A stretch of DNA of 64,000 bases from Candidatus Saccharimonadales bacterium (lineage in GTDB: Bacteria; Patescibacteriota; Saccharimonadia; Saccharimonadales; JACQNP01), in the NCBI GenBank assembly GCA_038257245.1, contig JBBSJL010000003.1, positions 2,074 to 66,073 on the forward strand. Direction: 5' to 3'. Both the position numbers and the translations under genes were made by a program. The notes below the pieces were generated by a model, which did not search any database, had not been told where the DNA came from, and saw nothing but the letters and a program-made list of their open reading frames with translations. Of the stretch, positions 20,327 to 30,283 are shown piece by piece (within the stretch, counting starts at the first letter, position 1; the number at the start of each line of letters is the position of its first letter).

Positions 20327-20812
20327 ATGAAAGAAAAGTTTCGAATAGTAGCCAACAGAATTTCGTACATAACAGGCACGGCAACCATGTTTCTTTTCGC
20401 GATCAGTATTGTTGTGTTGTGGGCAGTGACCGGACCAATGTTTGATTATTCTAATACATGGCAACTAGTAATCAATACCGGCACAACTATAATTACATTT
20501 CTGATGGTTTTCTTGATTCAAAACACCCAAAACAGAGACGGTAAAGCCATGCAGCTAAAACTAGATGAGTTAATACGTTCAACCAAAGCCAGGGACAGTT
20601 TCATGGTTATCGAAGATTTAAGTGATGATGATCTCGCTGCACTCGATAAGGAGTTTAAAATGCTCCACGAAAAACAAATTTCTACTCAGCCACTACACAA
20701 ACTTCACGAAAAAATAGAGAAAGAACACAAACGTCGCCAAAGTATGAGAGGCCAAGCAGAAGACATGATCAATAAGTTAAATCCTCTACATACTGATAAT
20801 AAGCACAAATAG
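20327..20812 (+). CDS. Low-affinity iron permease family protein
   Basis: TWQLVINTGTTIITFLMVFLIQNTQNRDGKAMQLKLDELIR is the family signature. Confidence 0.65.
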   Translation: MKEKFRIVANRISYITGTATMFLFAISIVVLWAVTGPMFDYSNTWQLVINTGTTIITFLMVFLIQNTQNRDGKAMQLKLDELIRSTKARDSFMVIEDLSDDDLAALDKEFKMLHEKQISTQPLHKLHEKIEKEHKRRQSMRGQAEDMINKLNPLHTDNKHK

Positions 20813-20895
20813 TTTGCATCATTAGCCAGAAATTGGTAATATTTAGTAACACTTCTTTTGATACTGACAGTATCGATGAAGACAAAAACAACAAA

Positions 20896-20920
20896 CAAAA
20901 AACGACCAGATTTTCTGGTT
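20896..20920 (-). terminator. Minus-strand intrinsic terminator about 150 nt downstream of the DsbA-like gene
   Basis: On the minus strand, ACCAGA aaa TCTGGT followed by CGTTTTTTG. Confidence 0.45.
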
Positions 20921-21066
20921 ATGTTCATGGGGAGGCGAAATGCCAATAAATGTTAAAGTCATGACTTCAGAGGATTTTCTGATAGAAGTCAAAATACGAC
21001 GACCTAGCTGGCAGCAGTACCTAAGCTACTAGTGCTAGAACAGGTCACTACAGATACGAGCGGAAC

Positions 21067-21702
21067 TTATTGTCCGCTTTTCTGTTTTTCTGCTATGGCA
21101 GCATCGATTAGCTGGCTAAAGTATTCGACCCTATCCTGAGGTTCTTCTAGTTTTTTTCCATCAAGCGTAAATGTTGGTGTGCTGTTATATCCTTGGCTTT
21201 TAGCTTCTCCAAGGTCGGCTTGTACAGAACGGTTAGATTCTTCGCCGGCCATGTCGGTTTTAAACCTTTCTGTGTCTAAATTAAGCTCGGTAGCAAACTG
21301 TACGAAGAATGTTGATGGATCGCTAGCTCGGGCCCAAGATTGTTGATTTTCGTAGAGTTTGTCGTGCATCTCCCAGAATTTGTCTTGATTTGATGCAGCT
21401 TCCGCAGCCCGCGAAGCAATTAGGGCATTTTGATGAATCTCAACTAACGGAAAGTGTTTGAACTGGATGGTTATATCTTCTTTGTATATTTCCTTGATTT
21501 GTGCCAAAACTGGGTAAAACCTAAGACATGCTGGGCATTCAAAGTCGCCGTATTCTACTAAAACAACACCGGTTTTGCCCTCGCCATATGTGTGATTAGT
21601 TAACTGACCTTGTTGTACAGGGTTCTCTTTTTTATTGAAAAATAGAATTCCAAAAAATCCGATAACAATTGCCGCCAATATGAGTAGAAACCGATTATTC
21701 AT
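21067..21702 (-). CDS. DsbA-family thiol:disulfide oxidoreductase, membrane-anchored
   Basis: N-terminal anchor helix, CPAC active site, and thioredoxin-fold length. Confidence 0.8.
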   Translation of the reverse strand: MNNRFLLILAAIVIGFFGILFFNKKENPVQQGQLTNHTYGEGKTGVVLVEYGDFECPACLRFYPVLAQIKEIYKEDITIQFKHFPLVEIHQNALIASRAAEAASNQDKFWEMHDKLYENQQSWARASDPSTFFVQFATELNLDTERFKTDMAGEESNRSVQADLGEAKSQGYNSTPTFTLDGKKLEEPQDRVEYFSQLIDAAIAEKQKSGQ

Positions 21703-21792
21703 GTATAAATAACTCCCCTAATTAGTATTATCAGTACCCATAATATCATTTATAACTTTGAATTTACTTAGATTCGGTCGTAATATTGGTAT

Positions 21793-22869
21793 GTGACTAT
21801 AATCATAAACATTATTTTGGCCAGCATTGCTTTACTAGCCATTAGTTTGGAACGAACATATAGACGGGTCCCCGCCAAAGAGCTAAAGCGCCGAGCACGT
21901 GCAGGCGATGATATGGCCAATATGCTTTATAGAGCGGTCAGCTATGGCCCAAGCCTAAAGGTTGTTCTATGGGCCCTTATAGCTGTAACCAACGCTATCT
22001 TTTTCGTTTATCTTACTAACACATCTCCACTTTGGTTCGCAGTTGCCGGGATTGTTGCTGTGATTTGGTTTGGATTTTTGTGGCTACCCGCAAGAGATGT
22101 TACTAAATATGGTGCATGGTTTGCGGCCAAGACTGCACCGGTGATTGGTTGGTTTCTAGAGTACATTCACCCTTTCGTTGATCGTATAGGCACTTTTATC
22201 GAAAAGCATCGGCCGCTTAGCCTACATACTGGTTTATATGAAAAGGATGACTTGATTGACCTAATTGACAACCAAAAAGTTCAAGTAGAAAACCGGATTG
22301 ATCAGGCAGAGCTAGAAATGGTCAAACAAGTTCTCAAGTTTGGAGATAAGTATGTCGCCGACTATCTTATCCCGCGTCGCACAGTAAAAAGTGTTTCTAT
22401 CGATGACACCATTGGCCCAGTACTTATGGGTGAACTACACAAAAGCGGACATTCTAGGTTCCCAGTTTATGATGATGACAAAGAAAATATTGTTGGGTTG
22501 ATACATCTTAGAGATTTGTTGGGCCAGGAAGAGGGAGGCCCGGTCAAAAAGTTAGTGCGTAAAGGCGTGGTTTATATTCACGAAGAACAGTCATTATATG
22601 ACGTACTACAAGCAGCTATAAAAGTTCGCCAGCATCTGTTCATTGTAGTTAACTCATTCGAAGAATACGTAGGGATCATTAGCATAGAAGACGTGCTAGA
22701 GCAGATAATTGGGATGCCAATTGTTGACGAGTTTGATCAGTACGATGACCTCCGCGCTGTCGCGGCAAAACTAGCCAAAACCGAGCACAAAGAACACAAA
22801 AGCACTGTTCAACCCGATGAAGTGATTGACATCCCAGATGAAAAAGATGTCGAAACTGAGGTGAAATAG
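21793..22869 (+). CDS. CNNM/DUF21 transmembrane domain + CBS-pair protein (HlyC/CorC family)
   Basis: Four N-terminal helices, then two CBS motifs (RFPVYDDDKENIVGLIHLRDLL and GIISIEDVLEQIIG). GTG start. Confidence 0.8.
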   Translation: MTIIINIILASIALLAISLERTYRRVPAKELKRRARAGDDMANMLYRAVSYGPSLKVVLWALIAVTNAIFFVYLTNTSPLWFAVAGIVAVIWFGFLWLPARDVTKYGAWFAAKTAPVIGWFLEYIHPFVDRIGTFIEKHRPLSLHTGLYEKDDLIDLIDNQKVQVENRIDQAELEMVKQVLKFGDKYVADYLIPRRTVKSVSIDDTIGPVLMGELHKSGHSRFPVYDDDKENIVGLIHLRDLLGQEEGGPVKKLVRKGVVYIHEEQSLYDVLQAAIKVRQHLFIVVNSFEEYVGIISIEDVLEQIIGMPIVDEFDQYDDLRAVAAKLAKTEHKEHKSTVQPDEVIDIPDEKDVETEVK

Positions 22870-23008
22870 GTTATAATAACTCTTATAATGATAAGTTTTT
22901 TCGTTTCAGATAATAATATTAGGACAAAGGCGTAGTTCAGGCGACTACTACCTTTCTAGTCCTATTCCAGTCTGACAACAGTAAACTTATAGATCGAAGG
23001 AGATTCCA

Positions 23009-24331
23009 ATGAGAGTTTTAAGCAGAGATGTCAGTAAACACATCGGTAAAAAAATAGAGATTAGTGGTTGGTTGCACAAAAAGCGCATGTTAGGTGGCCT
23101 GACGTTTATAAATATCAGGGATCGTTCAGGGCTAATTCAGGTATTAATTGAGGACAAGGATGAAGTCGAGAAACTTCGCGGTATGCAAATCGGTACAGTT
23201 CTCAAAATCGAAGGTAATGCAGTAGAAGAAGAGCGTGCACCTGGTGGTGCCGAACTCCATGAACCAGTAGTTACTGTAGAAGTACCAGTTACGGATGAGC
23301 CGCCTATAGAAATAGACAAACCATTAGGGCACAAATCAGAAAACCTAGAAACACTTTTTGATAATCGTAGCGTAGGGCTCCGCAATCTTCAGGAACAGGC
23401 AATTTTTAAGACCAAAGACATAGTTTGTCAGTCCGTTAGAAGTTATTTTCAAGAAAATGAATTTACAGAAATCCACACCCCTAAACTTTTAGCCGAACCT
23501 ACAGAAGGTGGCGCCGAAGTTTTTCAACTAGACTATTTTGGTAAAACTGCAACATTAGCTCAATCAGCTCAATTTTATAAGCAGATCATGGTTGGTGTGT
23601 TTGAGCGGGTTTTTGAAATGGGTTCCACATATAGAGCCGAGCCTAGCGCTACAACTAGGCATATGAGTGAGTTTATTACCATTGATGCAGAAATGGGATT
23701 CATTACATTTGACGAGCTAATCAACACGGTAGGTAGCTTAATAACCAAGGTTGTAAATGACACCTGGGAACAGTGTGAAGATAATTTCAAAAAATGGAAC
23801 GTAACTAAGGCCAAACTCCCAGAAAAAGTAGAAGATATACCTCGCATAAATATTGATGAAATTCATGAAATGTTCCTGAAAGCTACCAAAGAAGATCACA
23901 CGGGCGAAGGAGACCTTGCTCCTGCAGAAGAACGTTGGATTTGCGAATGGGCAAAGAAAAACAAAGGTAGCGATATTGTGTTTGTGACTGGTTGGTCTGC
24001 AAAAGACAAAACATTTAAGTTTTATCATAAAGCTAGTGCAGCAAATCCAGACGTCGCTGATCGAGCTGACTTATTGTTCCGAGGAATAGAAATTACTACT
24101 CTGAGTATGCGTGAAAACAATTACCAACAACTTGTTACTCAGCTTAAAGCCCTAGGTGGTGATCCAGAAGACCCAGGATTTGCGTCCTACATGAGTGCAT
24201 TCAAATACGGAATGCCAGTACATGGCGGTTTTGGTATGGGTCTAGAAAGAGTTGTAGAAAAGCTCTTCAACCTCGCCAACATTAAAGAAGCAGCCTTGTT
24301 CCCACGTGATATTAACAGACTAGCGCCGTAA
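23009..24331 (+). CDS. aspS: Aspartate--tRNA ligase, archaeal/eukaryal type (class IIb, ~440 aa)
   Basis: OB-fold N-terminus, FRAEPSATTRHMSEF (motif 2), GGFGMGLERV (motif 3), and a C-terminal FPRDINRLAP. A GAAGGAG SD is present. Confidence 0.85.
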   Translation: MRVLSRDVSKHIGKKIEISGWLHKKRMLGGLTFINIRDRSGLIQVLIEDKDEVEKLRGMQIGTVLKIEGNAVEEERAPGGAELHEPVVTVEVPVTDEPPIEIDKPLGHKSENLETLFDNRSVGLRNLQEQAIFKTKDIVCQSVRSYFQENEFTEIHTPKLLAEPTEGGAEVFQLDYFGKTATLAQSAQFYKQIMVGVFERVFEMGSTYRAEPSATTRHMSEFITIDAEMGFITFDELINTVGSLITKVVNDTWEQCEDNFKKWNVTKAKLPEKVEDIPRINIDEIHEMFLKATKEDHTGEGDLAPAEERWICEWAKKNKGSDIVFVTGWSAKDKTFKFYHKASAANPDVADRADLLFRGIEITTLSMRENNYQQLVTQLKALGGDPEDPGFASYMSAFKYGMPVHGGFGMGLERVVEKLFNLANIKEAALFPRDINRLAP

Positions 24332-24335
24332 TAAT

Positions 24336-25451
24336 ATGAGTGAGCAATATTCCCAGGCAGAGTTAGAAAGAATCAATCGAGGCATTGCTGATAGATCGGA
24401 TGTCTTTTACTGGCAAACCGATCGAGCCGTTGAACCAGAAGAAGCAGGTCATATCTGGGCAGATCGCCATCGATATTTCACTGATGAAGAGCTACTAGGT
24501 AGAGTTAATGGCGCACTAGGGGTTGATAAGCTGGCCTCCGTACAGCCGCTAGACCTTGATGCTCAAACGAACTTAGGCAATGTCAGCTCGGTGCGAGTAG
24601 GTACATTAGAAAATGGTGAAGAAGTAGTTATGCGTTGCTTTCCTAAGGGCATATTGAATGGCTACTTCCATGTTGAAGCAGCTGCAGCCGATAAAGTTCT
24701 ATCGGCTGGGTTACCGACTTACAAGACGCTTGCTATTCACGATTTTGAGGGTGGCGATGATTTTGCCTTTCATGTTTTAGAGAAGCTTACGGGTACGGCT
24801 ATAAAGGTGTGGCTAGATGCTCATACCGATGATGAAACCAAACTTGTAACCCGTGTTGGAGCTATGATGGCGCGATTGCACGAGGTTGAAGTCGAAGGTT
24901 TTGGGCCATTTGATAATGAACGCGCCAAAAACGGTGAGCTAGTTGGGTTACACAAGACCTACGGTGAAGCGGTACGAGCAGGGTTGCCCTTTAACCTCGG
25001 AGTACTTACAAAAGAGGGCATATTTACTGAATCACAAAGTCAAGCAATTGCCGAGTTGTTCACTGACCAAAACCCGTTACTGCAAACCGACAAAGCGGTA
25101 TTAGTGCATAATGACTTTGCCGATTGGAACCTCCTGACTGACGGTAATGATGTCACTGGTATTCTTGACTATGATGAGTGTGTTGGCGGAGATTACGTCT
25201 CTGATCTAGCTTGTTGGAGTACCTTCTTTGATCCAAAGCGTATGGATCCATTCCTCACTGGGTACTGGGGAGACAGACAAAAGCCTGCGGATTTTGAAGC
25301 TAAGTTTGAACTTCTCCGACTACGTTACCTTGTGTCCAAGATGACCTTACGAACTAGAGTATATAGCTGGAAGTCGGATGAAGGTGTAAAAAAGCGTATT
25401 GAAAATGGCAAAGCTCACCTTGCCGAGTCACTTAAATACTTTGGATTGTAG
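24336..25451 (+). CDS. Aminoglycoside-phosphotransferase-fold (APH/ChoK-like) kinase
   Basis: LVHNDFADWNLL catalytic loop and an ILDYDE metal-binding motif. Confidence 0.7.
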   Translation: MSEQYSQAELERINRGIADRSDVFYWQTDRAVEPEEAGHIWADRHRYFTDEELLGRVNGALGVDKLASVQPLDLDAQTNLGNVSSVRVGTLENGEEVVMRCFPKGILNGYFHVEAAAADKVLSAGLPTYKTLAIHDFEGGDDFAFHVLEKLTGTAIKVWLDAHTDDETKLVTRVGAMMARLHEVEVEGFGPFDNERAKNGELVGLHKTYGEAVRAGLPFNLGVLTKEGIFTESQSQAIAELFTDQNPLLQTDKAVLVHNDFADWNLLTDGNDVTGILDYDECVGGDYVSDLACWSTFFDPKRMDPFLTGYWGDRQKPADFEAKFELLRLRYLVSKMTLRTRVYSWKSDEGVKKRIENGKAHLAESLKYFGL

Positions 25452-25454
25452 CCG

Positions 25455-25760
25455 ATGGATATTAACGATTATCAGATGAAGGCGTTGGAATCCTTGGCAA
25501 TCAAGGACAAGTCTTTGGCTGCCCTTGCGCATAGGTCGCTGGGTCTAGCGGGCGAAGCTGCCAGTGCAGTTAAGAAGGTAATTCGGGATCGTGCTGGCGA
25601 GCCGTCGGCTGATGATATACAGAAAATTTCGGAAAAACTAGGTGATTCTATGTACTATGTGGCGGTTTTGGCCGAATATTTTGACATAAATTTACAAACT
25701 GTTGCAGAACAAAATCTATCTAAATCCCAAAAATTCAAAAAAGAACGAAAAAACAAATGA
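25455..25760 (+). CDS. MazG-like nucleotide pyrophosphohydrolase domain protein
   Basis: LGLAGEAA...KLGDSMYYVAVLA pattern (E-x-x-E / D). It is a paralogue of 41585-41917. Confidence 0.6.
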   Translation: MDINDYQMKALESLAIKDKSLAALAHRSLGLAGEAASAVKKVIRDRAGEPSADDIQKISEKLGDSMYYVAVLAEYFDINLQTVAEQNLSKSQKFKKERKNK

Positions 25761-26335
25761 AAAACGCAATATTAATACCTGGCCGACCTGACAAGGACGA
25801 GCATTATGACAAAAATCGTCCCAGTAATAGCGAAGATCACTGGTTTAGTTGGCTCAAACGACAGCTTATTATTAGGGATATTCATGCAGTTTCAATAGAA
25901 CCGCCCTTTCCTTTCCGGCCTCGATATGATGATTGGAAAAAAGAGTTCGAAAGGTTTGACATTACACCCGAAACGATACTGGTTGGTCACAGTTGTGGTG
26001 GTGGCTTTCTTGCGCGCTACCTAAGTGAAGACAAGGATCTAAAAGTTGGTAAAGTAGTTCTCGTTGCTCCATGGATAAATCCTGATAATAATCCTATTTC
26101 TGATACTGCTGATTTTTTTGACTTTAAAATTGATCCAGATTTTCCAACTCGAACAAAGGGCGTGTCTGTCTTTATTTCATGCGATGACGAATTAAGCGTA
26201 TTGAAAACAGTTGAGATTTTGAAAGAAAAAGTTAGCAATGTTGTTTATCACGAATTTACTGATAAAAAGCATTTTTGTTTAGAAGAATTAGGTACGCAAG
26301 AATTCCCAGAGCTACTTGATGAGCTACTGAAATGA
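25757..26335 (+). CDS. YdeN/RBBP9-type serine hydrolase (alpha/beta fold)
   Basis: GHSCGG nucleophile elbow, ~190 aa, ATGA coupling. It is a paralogue of 53654-54205. Confidence 0.65.
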   Translation: MKNAILIPGRPDKDEHYDKNRPSNSEDHWFSWLKRQLIIRDIHAVSIEPPFPFRPRYDDWKKEFERFDITPETILVGHSCGGGFLARYLSEDKDLKVGKVVLVAPWINPDNNPISDTADFFDFKIDPDFPTRTKGVSVFISCDDELSVLKTVEILKEKVSNVVYHEFTDKKHFCLEELGTQEFPELLDELLK

Positions 26336-27066
26336 GCATTGTAAAAACTAAGAGTTTTGAATTAGATGTATATGAAAAGGGTGACCCAAATGCTGAAAAG
26401 CTAGCTTTGGTTTTACCGGGTAGGTTAGACACGAAAGACTATGCTCATATGACAAGTCTGGTCGATAGATTAGCAGAAGAGGGCTATTTCGCAGTCTCAT
26501 TTGATCCGCCAGGAACGTGGGGTAGTGGTGAAGATATAAATCAGTACACAACAAAAAACTATTTAAAGGCAATACAGGAACTTATTGAACTCTATGGTCG
26601 TAAGCCAACTCTCACAATTGGTCACAGTAGGGGTGGCAGTATGGCACTTCTTGCTGCTGTAAAGTGTGATGAAGTTATCAGTTGCGTGGCAATTATGTCA
26701 AACTATGCTGCAAGTTCACCAAAACTCGAGTCTATAGAAACAGGATTTGAAGACAGCGCCCGTGATTTAGCCCCTGGCACAGAACGCACAGCTCAAAAGA
26801 AAAGGTTTAAACTACCAATTTCTTACTTTGAAGATGGAGACATGTTTGATCTAAAAGAACTGGCAGCATGCACCAAACCAAAGTTATTTTTCTGGGGCAA
26901 CCAAGACCAAATTCTTGGTAAAGACCAAATTCTGAGAGGCTTCAATGCGGCTTCTGAACCAAAGAAGCTCATAGAGTTAAACACAGAACACGATTATCGT
27001 TTGCATTCAGATGTAGGGGAACTTGTAAACAACAATGTCATTAAGTTTTTGAAAGAATACAATTAA
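26332..27066 (+). CDS. Alpha/beta hydrolase
   Basis: GHSRGG nucleophile elbow and a C-terminal HDY histidine region. Confidence 0.7.
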   Translation: MSIVKTKSFELDVYEKGDPNAEKLALVLPGRLDTKDYAHMTSLVDRLAEEGYFAVSFDPPGTWGSGEDINQYTTKNYLKAIQELIELYGRKPTLTIGHSRGGSMALLAAVKCDEVISCVAIMSNYAASSPKLESIETGFEDSARDLAPGTERTAQKKRFKLPISYFEDGDMFDLKELAACTKPKLFFWGNQDQILGKDQILRGFNAASEPKKLIELNTEHDYRLHSDVGELVNNNVIKFLKEYN

Positions 27067-27713
27067 TGAGAGTTGCGATAACTGGAGCCGAAGGCAAAGT
27101 TGGGCAGGCGTTGATTGGTCAACTAGATTCCGGGATGTTTGATATCATGACACTTGATTTGCCCGAACACGATTCAAGCAACTTTGAAGATCTAGTTTCA
27201 GCTACAAAAGACCATGACGCAATAATTCATTTGGCGTGGAAGGATCTCAGAACAGACGCAGTCGATCCATTAAATGGAGTAATGTATGAAAACGTTTACC
27301 GGGCTGCTGTTGCTAACAACATTGGTCTGGTGATAATGGGTAGCTCAAATCACGCACGAGACCACACAGAACGCGAGGACGATGGAATGATAAGATATAC
27401 TGGTCAACCCGAAACAGCGAATAATATTTACGGTGTAGAAAAACAAAAGATGGAAGCCATGGGCAGATATTTTGCCAAGAATAATGGTTTAAACGTCATT
27501 GCTCTACGCATTGGCAACATTAACCCAGAAGACAAGCCAAAACCTGACACGCCAACTCGCTGGATGAGCCACAGAGATTTTGGCAGCATGGTTTCGCTCG
27601 CGCTAACTCACGAATTTGAACCTGGTCATTTTGAAGTTGTTTACGGCGTGAGCCAGCAGCCTGTCTTTGATTGGGAAAATTCGTTTGGCTATGAACCACA
27701 GGACATTGCATAG
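27066..27713 (+). CDS. Short NAD(P)-binding epimerase/dehydratase-like protein
   Basis: ITGAEGKVGQAL Rossmann motif and a YGVEKQ (YxxxK) catalytic motif. Confidence 0.65.
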   Translation: MRVAITGAEGKVGQALIGQLDSGMFDIMTLDLPEHDSSNFEDLVSATKDHDAIIHLAWKDLRTDAVDPLNGVMYENVYRAAVANNIGLVIMGSSNHARDHTEREDDGMIRYTGQPETANNIYGVEKQKMEAMGRYFAKNNGLNVIALRIGNINPEDKPKPDTPTRWMSHRDFGSMVSLALTHEFEPGHFEVVYGVSQQPVFDWENSFGYEPQDIA

Positions 27714-28309
27714 TGAGTAAAGAAAAAATATTTCTTTTTGATGCAGACGGCGTTCTAACCTTGCCTGAAGAAGTATTTTCGGTAATATATGCAAGATCTC
27801 GCGGACTTGATATTGAACCATTTGACGAGTTTTTCAAAAAAGAGTGGGACAATTTTGTTACAGGCAAGAGTGACCTCAAAGACCATATTCGTGAAAATCC
27901 AGATTTATGGCAATGGGACGGAATGCCAGAAGAGCTCCTGACTTATTGGTTCAAAAGCGAAGATATCCGCAACGATGAAATGATTGAATCGGTTAGCTCA
28001 ATACGTGCAAAAGGCACTCCGTGCTATCTTGCGACAGAACAAGAAAAATACCGTGGTAGCTATATGCGCGACATCATGTTTAAAGACCTATTCGATGGTT
28101 ATTTCATTACTGCCGACATTGGTCTAAAGAAGTCTAACCCTGCTTTCTTTGAACATATTGTAAAAGAGCTTAGCGCCAAACATAGTCTTGATTCACCAGC
28201 AGATATAGTTTTTATTGATGATAGTCAGGCCAAAGTCGATGCGGCAATATCAGCAGGGCTAAGAGCCCATCTTTTTACTGGAGTAGATCAGTTTAAGGAG
28301 CAAATATGA
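27713..28309 (+). CDS. HAD-superfamily hydrolase
   Basis: LFDADGVL nucleophile motif and C-terminal FIDDS. GTG start overlapping the previous stop by 1 nt. Confidence 0.7.
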   Translation: MSKEKIFLFDADGVLTLPEEVFSVIYARSRGLDIEPFDEFFKKEWDNFVTGKSDLKDHIRENPDLWQWDGMPEELLTYWFKSEDIRNDEMIESVSSIRAKGTPCYLATEQEKYRGSYMRDIMFKDLFDGYFITADIGLKKSNPAFFEHIVKELSAKHSLDSPADIVFIDDSQAKVDAAISAGLRAHLFTGVDQFKEQI

Positions 28310-28692
28310 AAGACAAAAAGCTGACTATTGTTATTAATAAGCCAATAAATGAAGTATTCAAGTTTACTATTAACCCAGACAATACACCTAAGTGGATAGA
28401 TGGTATAGCGGTCGAGGAAACTAACGAGACACCACCAAAACTGGGGACAATTTACAAGAACAAGGGAGAAAGTGGTAATTGGAACGAATACGAGATGACA
28501 TCTTTTGAACAAGATAAGACATTTGAACTAACTAGAATTAATGGAAGTTACCACGTCAGGTATACTTTTACGCCCATAGATGAAAATAGCTGTGAATTTG
28601 AGTACTATGAATGGGTAGACGATGGAGAATTAGACGATACTTTCTCTCAAAAGGTTTTAGAAAAATTAAAAAGGATAGTGGAACAGCAATGA
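28306..28692 (+). CDS. SRPBCC (START/Bet v1-like) ligand-binding protein
   Basis: 128 aa. N-terminal INKPINEVFKFTINPDNTPKW is typical of the fold family. Confidence 0.5.
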   Translation: MKDKKLTIVINKPINEVFKFTINPDNTPKWIDGIAVEETNETPPKLGTIYKNKGESGNWNEYEMTSFEQDKTFELTRINGSYHVRYTFTPIDENSCEFEYYEWVDDGELDDTFSQKVLEKLKRIVEQQ

Positions 28693-29660
28693 GCGAGAGG
28701 TTTATAGATAGATTAGACTTCACTGGTGACCTAGCCGAACCATTAAACGATGTTTGTCTGGCTTTTGGCCTAGGAAAGTATCTGGCTCAAGAACCTATAA
28801 CTATTGGATATGAAGACTTCAACACGCAGCTGGAAACGTCTGAAGGTAGTTACTTCGCCAAGATATTTACAAAAGACAGAACAGACGAGGAATGTGAAAG
28901 ATATGTTCGGGTGATGCAGGCCGTAGTTGATTCTGGCGTTAATCACCCTGGTTTAAAAATTGCAAAAAGCGGAGCAATTTATAGACCAAACGGCACTAAC
29001 CTGCGGGTTTCTGTAACTGAATGGCTAGAAAGTTCTCAGGACTTCCAAAGAGATAAGCCGAGTGATGAACAGCTAGCGGAACTCATCCGACAGACAGCCT
29101 TGATTAATCAACTAGACGTAGGCCTAACCGATGCAGACTTTATTTATGATAGTTGGGCAATTTCTAGTTTTGTTAATGAGTTTGAAAAGTGGCAACATGT
29201 GCTTGGCGATGACGACAAGAAACTAATAGACCCAGTTTTGGCTGAATACTGCGCAGTTGATGTCGATGGTCTACCAAAAGCATTTGTCCATGGTGATCTA
29301 ATAAGAACTAACGTTATGCAAACTGCCGTCGGATTATATGTTTATGATTTTGCAGTTGCCAATATTTATCCTAGAGTACAAGAATTAGCAGTACTGCTTT
29401 GTGATATGTTCTTTAGTCCAGAAAGTGAAGCAGAAACCTTTCGACTTTATGGTTTTTTACTTTCTGAGTATCAGGAATATGTTCCACTGACGGATAAAGA
29501 GATTGAAGCTTTGCCTGTGTTTGTTCGTGCTGCTCACGCAATGCATATTCTTGGTGGTGCGAGAGGAGAAAAGCAGGGTGATGGTGGTGAAGAAAATGAT
29601 CTCTGGTGGAATTTAGGCCGCGCTGGATTAAGAATGAATGCTTATTCGGAAAAACTATGA
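28689..29660 (+). CDS. APH-fold phosphotransferase (second copy in the operon)
   Basis: FVHGDLIRTNVM catalytic loop and a YVYDFA motif. The start was moved to the ATG at 28689 (ATGA overlap with the previous stop). Confidence 0.7.
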   Translation: MSERFIDRLDFTGDLAEPLNDVCLAFGLGKYLAQEPITIGYEDFNTQLETSEGSYFAKIFTKDRTDEECERYVRVMQAVVDSGVNHPGLKIAKSGAIYRPNGTNLRVSVTEWLESSQDFQRDKPSDEQLAELIRQTALINQLDVGLTDADFIYDSWAISSFVNEFEKWQHVLGDDDKKLIDPVLAEYCAVDVDGLPKAFVHGDLIRTNVMQTAVGLYVYDFAVANIYPRVQELAVLLCDMFFSPESEAETFRLYGFLLSEYQEYVPLTDKEIEALPVFVRAAHAMHILGGARGEKQGDGGEENDLWWNLGRAGLRMNAYSEKL

Positions 29661-30283
29661 AGCTGTACTTATCATCTTATAGAATTCCGACGCCAGAAGA
29701 TTTGTTTAAACTGGTTGGTAAAAATCCAGAAGATATCAAAGTTGCACATATTCCTAATGCCAAGGATTACTATGCTGAGAGGGCTCGTAACTTCAAGATA
29801 AATGTAGTAAGTAGCTTCATGCAGGAAGTTGGGCTTAAACCAGACGTGATTGATTTAAATATTTACAATCAAGAAAAACTGAAGTTAGAGTTACAAAAAT
29901 ACGATCTAATATGGGTTGCAGGTGGAAATACGTTTTGCTTGCGTGATGCGATGGAACGAAGTGGCTTTGACAGGCTTCTACCTGAGTTACTAGAAAGTGG
30001 CATAGTATACGGAGGAGACAGTGCGGGTGCTATTGTAGTTGGCCCTACGCTTAAAGGGACTGAGACGGCCGATGAACCTGAATTTAGTGAAAATATCATA
30101 TGGGAAGGTCTAGATATAATCCCAACCATAATTATCCCTCATGCTGATAACGAAAGCCTAAAGACTGCATTAATACCGATGCTGGAAATGTACAATGATA
30201 ATCCAGAAGCAATAGTTCTAAACGACAACCAGGCATATATTGTCGACGGCAGTAAAAAAATGGTAGTATCTTCTGGTGAGTAA
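29657..30283 (+). CDS. Peptidase S51 (dipeptidase E-like) / class I amidotransferase-like protein
   Basis: IWVAGGNTFCL...YGGDSAGA nucleophile region. The start was moved to the ATG at 29657 (ATGA overlap). Confidence 0.65.
   Translation: MKLYLSSYRIPTPEDLFKLVGKNPEDIKVAHIPNAKDYYAERARNFKINVVSSFMQEVGLKPDVIDLNIYNQEKLKLELQKYDLIWVAGGNTFCLRDAMERSGFDRLLPELLESGIVYGGDSAGAIVVGPTLKGTETADEPEFSENIIWEGLDIIPTIIIPHADNESLKTALIPMLEMYNDNPEAIVLNDNQAYIVDGSKKMVVSSGE

Noticed and set aside
22870-23008. A T-box riboswitch upstream of aspS.
   Set aside because: The leader is too short (~110 nt), and it lacks a conserved T-box sequence and a terminator/antiterminator pair.
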